This document shows positions 50,411 through 62,995 of a DNA stretch of 64,000 nt, piece after piece. Below the pieces are notes generated by a model. It made no database searches. It was given only the letters and a program-made list of their open reading frames with translations, and had not been told where the DNA came from. This DNA comes from Vicugna vicugna (Eukaryota): contig MU058844.1 in the NCBI GenBank assembly GCA_013265495.1, forward strand, positions 10,810,184 to 10,874,183. Reading direction: 5' to 3'. Position numbers and translations under genes: made by a program. Numbering within the stretch: the stretch's first letter is position 1; every line of letters begins with the position of its first letter.

Positions 50411-51719
50411 GTGCTTCTGTTTATTAAAATGGGCAACCATGAACATTTTTGTAGAAGAGCCAGATAGGAGTTTTAAATGAAGAGAAATGGGGGCGGAGGG
50501 GGAGAAAAGATAACTGAGGGAACTGAACACTGGCCATCAAGCATGGTTTGTGGCCCTGGGACTTCCGTGAAGCCCAGACTCCTTGCTTTCTTATCATCAT
50601 CCCATTTCCTGTAGGCATTTTGGGGAAGAAAGGCATACTCTTAATTAGAAAGGCCTGGTCAAATAGCCTGAAAGACACCTGAAAGTGTGATTTGAAATAA
50701 GCTTGCCATGTCAATCTGACCGACTGGAGAGGTGAGCGGGGGTCACTTTCTCAGCTTTGTCAGAACAGAGCGGAATGTACCTTAGGGTTCTACGTTCAAA
50801 GCAAGACGGCTGGTGGTGATACCACTCTAAGGAAACTGGAGGGTAGCTGAGGGCAGAAGGAGTGTTTCTGTGGGTAGCCAGGGGTACAAAAGGCGAGGAA
50901 GGCACTAGAGAGACAGAACACAAAAGAACTGGACTGTTTCCACTGGGTTTTGATTTCTATACAAATTCTGCTCCTCTAACAATTAGAGGCTGATATTTAC
51001 ATAACGTAGATGCTTGCATCATTACTGGCTTTATAAAAAGGAGAAGCCAACTGAGTTTCTTTACAGAGGGTTCCAAGGTAGCTATAAATGCCACACGTGT
51101 CCTAATAGGATGTGACGAAGTGACAAGAAATAAAATAAGTTGACTCAGGTTTCACAAATTTTTGAAGATGGGTGGGGAGAATGGGGCAGAAATTCTGTGT
51201 ACAGATTTAAGGCTGAAGGAGAGAAAATGGCTTATTTAAATCTTGCTTTGCTGCAAATTCAAGCCTAGCAAAGTTCATTGAACAAATAAGCAGATTTTTG
51301 GGATAATGCATGAGATGTTTACAATTCTATGCTGATTGGCTCAAATTTTGATGCATTTGGAGTTTAGTTCAGCACCATGGGACAGAACCAAGCTGGAAAT
51401 TCAGGGCCCCCTTGTGACAAAACCATAGCCTAGAAGACGTGGTCTTCAGTCTCTTCTATTTACTTGGGGGAACACTTGTAGTGATACAATAGAATTTAAG
51501 TAATGTCTCGTGTTAAAGAAGACATCTTGAGAACAGTTTCTCTCTTCCTTGCTGGTACATTAAAAAAAAAGTGTACAAATACGAACAATAGCAGACATCT
51601 AGTCCTAAGTATCCTGCCCTTTTATATTCACATGAAAACTGCCCTCTTCAGAGATTCACTGTGGGAAGTTATATACTTATTTTTGGAGAGGCAGTATGGC
51701 TTAAAAAATAATTGTAACT

Positions 51720-51900
51720 GCTATTTAGTAAGCTGCATTCAACAGATTGCATATATTTATCACATTTATCTTCACAAAAACATAGTGGAGTAGGTACTAA
51801 ATCTATTTACATATGCGCAAGTTCAGTTCACAGCTTCTTTGGAGTCACTAAGTAGTATCTAGATTCAACTCTGTCTATATCTGAATCCTGTTTTTCCTTT
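51720..51900 (-). mobile_element. MIR fragment
   Basis: 'tcacatttatcttcacaaaaacatagtggagtaggtact...atttacatatg'. Confidence 0.55.
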
Positions 51901-51934
51901 GCAACCAAGTCTCTGAAGTGTTGGAATGGACTTC

Positions 51935-52075
51935 AAGAAGATAGAAAACCTATTTTCTACACATTCCTCTTTTACTTATTAGATGTGTATCCCTTGAAGC
52001 AATTCAAGTAAGTTTTCTGCAACTTAATTGCTTCATCTGTAAAATGAGGTAATGCAATATTTACCCTCAGGAAAA
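51935..52075 (+). mobile_element. MIR fragment
   Basis: 'tacttattagatgtgtatcccttg...cttcatctgtaaaatgaggtaatg'. Confidence 0.65.
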
Positions 52076-55000
52076 GATTAGATTAATTGATTTATTGAAG
52101 TAGCCTTGATTTCTAAAAGGAATTGAATATATCTAATTTTAGAGGAACAAAAACCCTTAAAATATATAAGTAAGTCTTTTCAAGGAACGTACAACATGTA
52201 ACAGTTGTAAAAATAATCATTACTCTTGGAACTTTTACCCCAATTATTCCTACATTAAACAAAAGAATCCAAAATCAACAGATGAGGATGTAGTATTGTG
52301 GGATTACCTTCAGGATATATTTATGAGAAGCATAAAACATGTGTCATACTATTTTTAACTCCAAACATCTACATAGTTCACATAGAATTAGGCAGGAAGT
52401 AAAATTGCATGGTCGGGAAATCTAGAGATAACTTTGGTTGACTCTAATCAGAGATAGAAAATTTGACTGAATATCTAAGTTAAGAGCTAACTATTAGGTG
52501 TGAGGCTAAAAGACGTTGAGACTAGAAAACAGAAAAGCTTGTGTTAACTCAAAGAGCCAAACTCTCAACTCTTTAAAGAACCGTGCTTCTTTAATTCCAA
52601 GAGCTCTAGAAGTAAAAACAAACAAACAAAAAAAACCTCACTTAGAAGGAAACATATTTTCAAAACTAGCTCTTTGAGTTAGCTGTGTGGGTATTGGAAG
52701 TGGGAGGAATTTCAAAGAATAGAGTGAGATTTCCATTCTGAAGGTGAACGCATATGAAGTCATAGTTTCCGAACACTAGACTCTAGACTCCCGCCTCAAT
52801 GGATGAGAACAAATTGATAAACAGAAAAGACCGAAGGGGAGAGGAAACTAAATCAGATACTTGCCGTAGGTTAAGAACCAACTACCTAATTCTGAGAAAA
52901 TGGTTATTTTTCTTAAAATCACCATAAATGCAATCCTGTAAAATTCTGAATTAATGCATTATTCAGAGAACTCAAAGATGTTTATAAAACCTTACTATAT
53001 TTGACAGAACGGAGAATATCCAACAAATTATATGGGGAATGCATAGTTAAATCAGACTAAATTCTTCACTAGAGAAAGCAGTTGAGTGCTGTAGCATGAG
53101 ATTTGGGGGAGAGTTGAATCACATTTTACTTACAAATCTGACACTGCTTTACTTGGGTTTGAAACCAGATTTTCATTTCACCCATGCAACGTTATAATGA
53201 ACAGAATAACGGCAGATCAAGTGAGGCAATAACATGGGTGAGCTGTTTTCTCAGCTCTAGTCCTTGATCCTTTAGGTGTCTAATGTGAATGGCAACCAAT
53301 TGTCACTGACAAAGGGAATAAGACCGAGACGAATGCCTCAGAACTAATTCCTTAGAACAGGCAAATTTCCTTGGAGCTAGAAGTCTTGTCAGGGATTATT
53401 GACCCTCTGACAGAAAGCTCAGCTGAGGAGCCCAACCTTCGATTTAAAATAATTCGTTTGGAATTACATACTATAGCAAGTGAGTTTTTACTGTGTTTCT
53501 CAGTGGTGTCACTGTGAGTTTGGGTTTTTTGGGTTTTTGTGTGTGTGTGCCATAGAATGCCCTAGCATTGTAATTTTCTCTTCGGTCATAGTTTAAGGTC
53601 ATGTCATTTCTAAAAAGAAACTGATTTTATTATAATCACTTCCATATCTTTGATACAGGGGAGAATCAGAAAATGATCATATAATAATTCACTTTAACAG
53701 ACTTAATGGAGTCTATGTGGTACCGTCTACCACATGTGGATTTCTAATTCTGCCAACAATCATAACACGAACTGAAATGTCAACATAATGAAATCATTTA
53801 AATGCTAATTGTATTAAGAACAGTAAACTTGCCTGGCAGAGGTTGATGGGAAGTACAGGCCTTCTCCGAGCTGAATACAAATCACAGTCTTATTGTCAAT
53901 ATTACTGGAGATGACCCCACATGAAGTCACAGTTTCATCTCTCTAATCAGGCAAATCTCAACAATTTACCTTGACTTTCTGTAGGACTATTCCGGGAGTC
54001 GTGTGAACCAAAAGAAGTAGAAGAAAAGGCCCCTGTCCATAGAATCCCAATTCACACCTGGTATGGCAGCACTGAGCACATCACGTTCACGTTAACGTTG
54101 GTTTTTGTGGTCTAACTCCAGGACAGTGCACTAGGAAGTACACTGCTCGGCATGCATGAGGTTCTAAATTAAGGGGTGTTGAATTACACTGGAATAACCC
54201 AGTCTCCCTTCTCTACACAGCATCCTCTCACTAGAAGTCTATTTTGCCAGTTTGGTGGTGAGGTTGTATTATGGGGCTACCCTTGCTCAGAGACAGACTA
54301 CATGCTAGCTGTGGTACTGGGTTTTTAAGGGCACATGAAAAAGTTACTTGATTTCTACACACTGTTTAGTTTCCATATAGGGCATGGAAATGATTTTCAA
54401 TGATCTCTCATGACATTTATTTATTTAGATTTATACCCTGTTTTCAAAAAGGCTTACTTGAGGCTTACATAATTAAATAAATTTTGTTACCATCAATAGA
54501 AACGAAGCGGGTACAGGAGACACTTTGCCATGTATGGGCATGTATTCTAGACATTTCCCGTGAGTACACATTCCCTGTGCAGAATATTATATTTTACCCT
54601 ATGGTACCCCACCTCCTCTCGCCCATTATCTATGCACTTGTTCACTCATAGGTTCTATGAGAAAGAGCCAGGTTAATTCTGTGATGTGTCTAATGTGAAA
54701 GTTACATGGTGAGGAACTGACATGCATCATCACCTTAACGAGGAATAAGGGATGACTGTCTTGGTGAATTAGAAACATTCAAACCCAAAACAGAAAATTC
54801 TCCTATGTTTTGTGATAAGCTATCACAGGTTACTCACTGTCCTAAGAGGTCATTTCTCTGCTGTACCGCCTTCACGCTCCTTTATTGAAAAGAAGCAAAT
54901 GCCAAGAAAATAATTTAACACAGAAGACCCAACCAACACACGGGGTGCAGTTCACTACAACCTGAAATTTAATATTACTTAAAATTGATGATCAGAAGTC

Positions 55001-56254
55001 TGTGCAGAAGGTATATAATAAAATTTACAAGCTATTTAACTAGGTCAGGAAAATGTTTTTCCTGACTTTTTAAAATAAGACTTTTAACATAGGAGGAATC
55101 AAAACTCAGCCTGTCTCATCTAAATCAGGTCATGATTTAAGGACAACATAGGTGGAATTCTAAAACAAAGTGGAACTGACAATGTCACTTTATCCCTCCA
55201 CTGAATTTAAACATAAGACTGTTTCAACAACTATCCTCCTTTCTTTTATTCCATGAAAGCCTCACCAAAGCATTTGATGTAATGATGTATTTTCCTGTAT
55301 GCCGGGAAATACCTGATGTATTTCCTGATGGAATACTTCAGGCAAGGCACCTGCCAAGCACAGTTCCAAATGCAAAAATGAGAATTCCCCAGAAATTTCT
55401 ATCCAGAAGACAGAGTGGAAGAGCGAGAGTTGACGTCCCTCATAACTCTTATCCAAATCAGACTAGGATGAGATCTCCCTTGAATACAAACTAAAATCCA
55501 ATGGAGCAGCAAAAATCCTAATGGCACAGGGTATAGGAAAGAAGATCAATTCTCTGTATGAGTTTGGATAGCAACAAGTGTCTCAGAGGGACCAGCTATG
55601 GGTGAGGAAAAGCACTAGGCATGCTTGGGCTCTAGAGAGTAGATTGGCCTGACAGGAGAATACGGTGTACAGAAGGAGAGAGAAGTTAGGCAGGAAAATT
55701 AGCTTGGACCATAGACAATCTTAGAATGAGATTACAGAAGGTAACAAGGAGCAAATGCAGGTTTCTCAAGAGATCAATTTAGCAAGGCGACTGGGTAGCA
55801 GACTTTCGATTAGGTAATGCCTTATTTCACTTTGTGCTACAAAAATATTTGAAGACGTTGTAACAGTATCGTAAGGCAAATTTTTGAAGTGTATTATAAT
55901 GTGCGTAACAGTTTTGTTTCTTTCATGAAAGTGCTCTTAACACTCAAATTCATGACACATGGCAGAGAAAGACTGTGCCTGATTTAAAATAACAAAATTC
56001 CCTAGAGTTTGTTCTATATGGCACAGACAATCTGTATCCAAGAGAGAAAAAGAAAAGTAAATGTAGACACTGAAGCAAGTCTTATATAAAGATTAAACAC
56101 AACAGGACTTAAATATATTAGAATTTATACTATGCAGGTTACAAGCATTATAACATTCAGTTAAGGTTCCTCTTTCACATATGGCTGAGGGAAGAAGAGC
56201 ATTATCTTGAATATGCAGTTGACTATAAAATTATCTTTACTTGAGAAGTGTTAC

Positions 56255-56682
56255 AATAGGACTTCTTAAGGGAACATTTATTACAGCTATAATTAATTAA
56301 CTAACTTGCAATTATCATGTAACCTCCTCTGTTCACACTTAGCATGGCAATATAAATAAAACGTCATTTAAGGTTCATTAGGTAGAGAAAAAGCATTACG
56401 TGCATGGAAGATATTTTAATTTCACTAACTTCACAAGTGATGTGAAATGAATCACCAAGTCAGAAGTTGCAAAGATTTCTGAATCTGGATGGTAGGAAGA
56501 GGGCAGCATGTGAGTTTTGTTTCATAAGTCTATTTACTTCCCTTTTTGTTGCTCAGTTTGGAAAAGCATTCAGAAAGTATATTTGCCTCAGCCCTCCAAC
56601 TTTTCAGAACTAACCAGAGTCACTTAATTGGTTTTTTTTTTAACTGATTTGTACAATGTAGTACACTAGCACAGGATGTAGA
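56255..56682 (-). other. Putative terminal exon / 3' UTR of an unidentified minus-strand gene
   Basis: Very strong acceptor (28-nt pyrimidine tract 56713-56686, then CAG at 56685-56683); repeat-free AT-rich sequence downstream with AATAAA at 56282-56277. Confidence 0.45.
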
Positions 56683-56884
56683 CTGAAAAAAAAAAAAAAG
56701 AAGAGAAAGAAAACAATTTGCACTGCTCATGCTGATGTATGGGGTAATTTTCCCAGACCCTTTCAATGCAATCTGCAAATGCATTAACAAAGGCTATAAA
56801 ACAGTCTGTACTACCTGTAACACACAAGGGCAGGACACTGGAAAGTCTGAAACCACAGTTGGTATCTTCATTAGCAGAAATTAC

Positions 56885-56949
56885 CTAGCGAAGGATGAAG
56901 TGTACTACCACGTAGGACTTCAAAAGCCAAGCATATCTTGTAGAGCTTC
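56885..56949 (-). CDS. Putative penultimate exon (65 nt); reading frame unresolved (EALQDMLGF* or KLYKICLAFEVLRGSTLHPSL)
   Basis: Acceptor attactctcttattcag|G and donor TAG|GTAATT; 202-nt intron to the acceptor at 56683; product not recognised. Confidence 0.4.
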
Positions 56950-58109
56950 CTGAATAAGAGAGTAATGATCCAACCACTGAATTATAGGAAAAAGAAATAT
57001 TTTTTATGACTATTGTTAACATAAAAGGCTCCTTTGAAATAATGCTCTTAGAAAATCTATTACTGTTCTTATTTCCACGCTGAATGACAGAAACTCCTGC
57101 AAGCATTTTCTATTTCTTATTCCCATTTCAACTACTCTATTGCTTTTGAGACAAGGTCAGCAGGGAAAACACAGTTTTTATTTAAGGAAACAAATATAAA
57201 ATCTTCACCAAATTACCCAATCATCATACTCTGTTTATACTCGTTTATCTCTGTCCATATTGGTTCATCTCTGTGTTTTTACATTTTGAACTTCTAAAGC
57301 CAGCTGGGCAGGAACATGTATTATAATACAGAATTTACATGAAAAAGATTCAGAAGAACAACAATAATATGAGAAGATTATGTTAAAAAGTATGTTTTTC
57401 TGTTGGAGTTAAAAAATACCTGATAAGGTCTGATAGGGCTGGTAGGACACAAATAACTGCAGAGAAAGGAGATTTGAAGTGGCTCGTCAACCAACCATGC
57501 ATTATTTGGTCGAAGTTTTCTATCCCATTTTTCATGGGGACATCTTTGAGATGATGAAAATAACCATGTACTTCTATAATATTACTTGAACAAGCTAGCA
57601 ACAATGTCATCTTATGGATCTGGTGTTACTCGATATGCCTCTTCTGTTCCTTTATCCTGATCAAATATGGAGATCTTTATCCATTTAGACTATGCCTATA
57701 CAGAGACAAGCTCACATGAATACAGCTCGGGAATGTATAAGATCATCTATCCATCCGCAGATGGGCAATCTGACCATTAAAACTCTGCCAGTGGTTGATG
57801 CTAAATTGTTATCTATCTAGAGGCAAATCCAAAGTAATTGGTACGATGCTATATCTTTAAATTAATTGTTGCAAATATAATTTATCTTACTAAAGCTTCT
57901 TATTTATGGTTTTAGATAACTTATTTCTACTGCTACAAGCTAAACTATCTATAGCATATGATGTTTTAGTTTGACTACTTGGGAAAAAAGGAATTCAATT
58001 TTTCAGATACTTTGGATATGATATTATTTAATGGCTTCAAGTTGTGCGTGGTTGTCACTTACCGAAATCTTTTGGTTTTCAACTTACTTTCTACATAGGT
58101 TATAGTATC

Positions 58110-58480
58110 TAGAGCACATGGAATACGGCAGGCACTGTTGAGAGAGGCGACCATGACACACAAGATCCCTATGCTCATGGAATCAACAAAACAAGTGAAT
58201 CAGCATAACTCCAGATAGTAATAGTGGCCATGAAAAAAAACATAGGCAGATAAGACTTTAAAAAATTAGGCAGAAAGTAGCCAGGAGAGACTATTTGAGA
58301 TAGTGTGGTCCTGGAAAGCCACTCTGGAAAGATACTTGAGCAGAAATCAGGGTAAGGTGAGGAAAACAGCTGTGTGGGGACCCAGGCAAAAACCTTCTGG
58401 GTAGAGAGAATTGGAAGCTTGTTGCCCGAGGCAAGGCACTTTGTGCTCAAGAAAGAGGAAAACGACGCGATCTTAAGAGC
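58110..58480 (-). mobile_element. L2 3' region
   Basis: 'gagcacatggaatacggcaggcactgttg...agatccctatgctcatggaatc...gtggtcctggaaagccactctggaaagatacttgagcaga'; explains ORF 58175-58489. Confidence 0.8.
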
Positions 58481-59444
58481 CTTTAACACAGCCGAGTAAA
58501 GCAGTTTCCAAATATTAAAGTTAGATTATTGTGTGGATAATTTCAGGGGGTCTATAAAAGGGTATGGAAGGAACACGTCGGTATCCAATGCTGTGTGGGT
58601 TTTCAAGCAGCCATAAACACATTCTCATAGCCAAAAACAAATAATTGAGCCAAGAAACCAAGTGATTCCCAATAAAATAAAACCAACAGTGCTTTATTTT
58701 AATATGCCCTGTTGTTTTCCCTAACTGCGGAATGGCATTTTCCCATCAGGAAAGAACATGTTAAATGGATGGGCAATATTTTCTAGTGATCAAAAGTATA
58801 CAAATACATTAAGTACCCAAAGAAGGCAACTATCTCTTAGTGTTCACTTTCTTGTTTCCATAACCAGGACACTAACATCTCCTTAATTGGGAAACACTAA
58901 CTCTGTGTACTTGGAATATGTTTATAGGACAGGCATAATTTCTACTCTCACTGGGTTAATAACTTTCTTCTTTCTTGAAAGTGTTCAAATGAAGCATAAA
59001 TGCTGTAGCCATTCTGTTAACTTAGAATTAGAAAAGGAAGCAATTTTAAACGCTTGAATAGTAATATTTTCTTAAGAAATGAGAAACTAAAAAGATACAT
59101 AAAATTAAGAAAACAAGCTTTAAAATGTAATTCTTCACTACAGTGCTATACCAAAAGCATTTATAGCTCAAGGGTTTTTTTTTTAATATCTATTTTCAGT
59201 ACCTTACATCTACCACTGAGGAGGAAGATTCATTCTGAAGTAATTGCACACTCATATATATAGGCATAAGCTACTTCGCTTAGCAAAATCACAAACTTTC
59301 CAACAATGTATGTTACATTAATGTTACCAACTTTCTCGAAAGGTCACTTAAACAGGTACAATGTTTGACATTTAAAAAAAGGGAAAAAAAAAACCCACCT
59401 AGAGCCAGATAGTCTTTATCACTTTCTACTACTTAGAAGCTCTT

Positions 59445-59620
59445 CTATATACAAATGTATATAAAAATATGCATATACACTGTATACATGGCAGAATGAA
59501 ACATACAGCCTGTATGTATACATGGATATTCTATATATGCATAAAAGACATAGCTACACATGTTATGTGCGTGTTGTACATATGTGTAGATACATGTGTC
59601 TACACACATATATATGCCTA
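59445..59620. repeat. TA/TG/CA low-complexity tract
   Basis: Seen directly in sequence. Confidence 0.7.
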
Positions 59621-61179
59621 AGAAATCAAATTACATGTTTTATTCTACAATGTAAAATAATAAACAGAAACTGACACAAAGCATACTTCTAATTTTTCTC
59701 TAGATTTATGAGTCGTGAATAGTAGTCCCAAAGCAAGCCACTGAACTTAGTTCCCAGTGATTTTAAAAATGACTATTAGAAACTCCAAGGTTCAGTATAA
59801 TTTAAGCCTCATTTCCAGGCTTCCGAATGCTTCTATAAAGCTTAAGAAGCAAATATCATTATATTCTGGCTTTAAGTTGAAGAGTTTTTAGAGTCAAACT
59901 AGAGGAAATGGAATCATGCTGATAAGGCTTGTGATTCGTACTGAAAGTTAAGAGTAATGATGGCTCAGATAATGCTGGGGTTTTTTTTTGCCTCCAAGGG
60001 AAAATTACTGTGCATTCAGGCTTGAGTGTTTAATACACATATCATGTCAAAAGACTTCTAGACAAATCAGAGCTACCTAAATGGTAAAACCACGTGTAGA
60101 ACTTTGGATAGAAAACAACACTCCACTTGGTGTTTGTGAAAATTAATCAGTGTACACACACGTGGGCTTTAGCTTTTGAATGTATGAATTCTGTCTGCTG
60201 AAGGAAACATTTCATAAGCGTATTTTGCATAAGGGTATTCCGCTTTGCAACTGACTGTCCAAAGTTCACAATAAATGCAGGATTAAGTAGCTACTAGCCT
60301 GGAGCTATTAAAAAATAAAACATGTAGCGAACAAGCAGGCCTTCGAGAAGACAATACATCTTCACAGAAGAACAAAGCAGAACTAAATTCTCTTTTAGCC
60401 TCATTCTCTGATCCAGATTCTTTCTTAATAAAATCATTACAGCATGAAAACTATAATCGTACAGACAAAAAACACCTCTGCAGCATCCCCCTTGCAGAGG
60501 TAATAGTCAAGCTCAACAAAGACAACAGAATGTATCTAGGAAGCCTAGCACGTGATAATTCTCAGAAAATACTTGTTAAATGAATGAGTGAACAAATGAG
60601 TGTTGTCACTGCTCAGGAATTTATTCCTAGCCCAAGACTTTACAATGTATACGTTCAGTTAATATTTGATTATTAAATGAATAAATACCTCTATAGCTCT
60701 AGAATGGTAAAGATGGGTTACAGATTACATTAACATACTGTCAGGCAGAATTCTGGCTCTGGATATTAATACAGCAGCTCATTTTGGCCACGGAGCATGA
60801 AGTAGCTCTACTGTCACAGCAGCACAGCCCTGGGTTCCGTCATCAGTTCTGCCATTAAGGAGACAGCACAAGCAGCAGCCATCCCCTAGCCATCCTGGAA
60901 TCTGCCTTGCTGCTCGCTGGCCAGGAACCTCTTTCAACCCTGTTTCCCAGAAAGTAAGTCCTTGAATTGTTCCTCATCAAGTGAGTCCTTTCTGTCACCG
61001 ACTCCTATTTCTTAGCACCCTTGCCAGTCACTCAAGGCTGGGTTAGAGACTGCCTTTTCACCTGCTTCCCCTTTATTCTTCCTCTCTCAACCTTTGAGAG
61101 GTTAGCAGTTCTATTTCCCTATGTCGGGTCAGAATGCCCTTCCAGGCAGTCTTTCTGGGAAGAATTTCAAAGAATTCCA

Positions 61180-61500
61180 GCTACAGATTAGGTAATATGA
61201 TGATAAAAACTAGGAATTTCCTGACATTGATAATTACACTGTGTTTCTATAAGAAAAGGTGCTTATTCTTAGGAAATACAGACAATTACTTAGGGATAAA
61301 GAGGCATGATGTCTGCAACCTGCAGGCAAATGGTTCAGGGGAAAAAATGTGTGTGTGCACATGGGGAGAGAGAGACTGATAGAAACAGGGACTGATAAAG
61401 CAAATGGCACAGGATATAAACAATTGCTGAATCTTAGTATGAGTGTATGGTAATTCTTGGTAGTAGTCTTGTAACTTCTCTGTAGGAATGAAATAACATA
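61180..61500 (+). mobile_element. L1MC4-like 3' end
   Basis: 'aatttcctgacattgataattacactgtg...ttcttaggaaataca...tagggataaagaggcatgatgtctgcaacc...aaatggttcag...gataaagcaaatggcaca'. Confidence 0.85.
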
Positions 61501-62288
61501 ATGCTGTAATAATAAATGTATTATTGTAAAATATGTAAGAATTTTAAAAATGAAAGTTACTAAAAACAACAACTCTAGGCTGTGTCTTCAATATCTGATC
61601 CCAAAGAAAATGCTCACCAGACTGGGCCCTGTCAACTTCTGTGAGTCCAGACTGTTTTCTGTGAAGTCTTTGACGCTCCTCCACCTCAAGCCTGAGCCAA
61701 GCTCAGGATCCTACCGTCTATGGGTCACACATCAGCTGCAGGGCCACAGAACTCTGTATGCTGCGTGTAAGGATCTCCAAATGGTCTTCCTAAAGCCCCC
61801 TTTCTCGAGGTTTCATGTGAAAGGGAAGCTTGCTTTATGTGCCTCCATGAAGACTCAAAGCATATTAACAACTATATTTTTTTAAAAAATTATTCAATTT
61901 CCAACCACCTGGCTTCTCCTACTTTGATCTTTCTATGAAAGTTCTATGTGGATTCTAGCCCCTTGCTTTGAAATGTGCAGGTTTTATCACCTCTCTTTCC
62001 TTCTTGACCTTTGAGACCTTTTCTGAAACTAAATCAAAGGAATTAAATACCTGAGTAGCGTGATGATTCATAACTCATAACCTCCAAGAAAAGGACAGAA
62101 ATTACTGATTTTTTTCCTAGGATAAGTTAAAAAAAAGTGACCTGGCAGCAAAATTTTATCTAAAGGTCATTTCTAGCACAGAGACTGATGTACACACAGA
62201 TTTTCTCATCTTTTCAAAGATAGGTCTTGGTTGTTTTGCAGTATATTTTAGCTTCTGATTTTACTCTGTGAGGAAGCTTCATCCAACA

Positions 62289-62743
62289 TAGTGGTTCTCA
62301 AATATATTTGGTCTCAGAACTCCTTTACACTCAAATTCTTGAGGATTCCAAGAGAGCTCTTGTGTATGTGAGTTACACCTGCGCATACATGTATAACCTA
62401 CTAAAATTTTAAATAATGAAAAATTTTAATAAATTATTAAAATAACAATAAAATTATAACATATTAATAGAATTGACATGTTTTAAAACATAACCGTATT
62501 CCCAAGCAAAAAATGTTTTACACATTTGCAAACCTTTTAAAACTTCTGTTTTCATAGCAGGCAGCTGAACTCTCCTGTCTGCTGCTTTAATCAATTTGTT
62601 GTGTTATATATCACATAACCTCTGGAAAACATTATAATCTCATTAGACAATGAGATTTGAAAAGGTATAAAATTAGTTTGATCTCACAGACTAGGTCTTT
62701 GAGCCTGCAGGGGTTCCCAGACCACATACTTTGAGAACCACTA
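62289..62743. mobile_element. Non-autonomous hAT-Charlie (Charlie1-type) DNA transposon
   Basis: Perfect 14-bp TIRs tagtggttctcaaa (62289-62302) / tttgagaaccacta (62730-62743); internal 'ggtctcagaactcctttacactc...gaggattccaagagagct'; right flank atctagaa fits the NTCTAGAN target. Confidence 0.9.
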
Positions 62744-62769
62744 ATCTAGAAGACTCAGCATTTGCTTTC

Positions 62770-62995
62770 GAGTGAACATCCTGAGTTTGAATCCTACCTT
62801 TGCCTCTAAATGTAGGATTGAAGCCTCAGTTGAATTATTTACCCTGACTGACTCAGGGTAAGTAATTTCCTAAATGAATGACTCATCCCAGCATTTAGGA
62901 AATTGAGTTCATGCCTCTTCATAGAGAATTAAATGAAATAATATAAAGCATCTGCTAATACTTTAGCACAAATCAGCCAATACTCAGTAAGTTTC
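62770..62995 (+). mobile_element. MIR
   Basis: 'cctgagtttgaatcctacctttgcc...gagaattaaatgaaataatataaagca...ttagcaca...tactcagtaag'. Confidence 0.7.

Noticed and set aside
50781..50826. Minus-strand pseudo-exon (ttccttag|AGTGG...CTAAG|gtacat)
   Set aside because: Weak donor, isolated, unrecognised peptide
62839..62861. 9-bp inverted repeat with TGACTCA
   Set aside because: Short, inside a MIR, and within chance expectation
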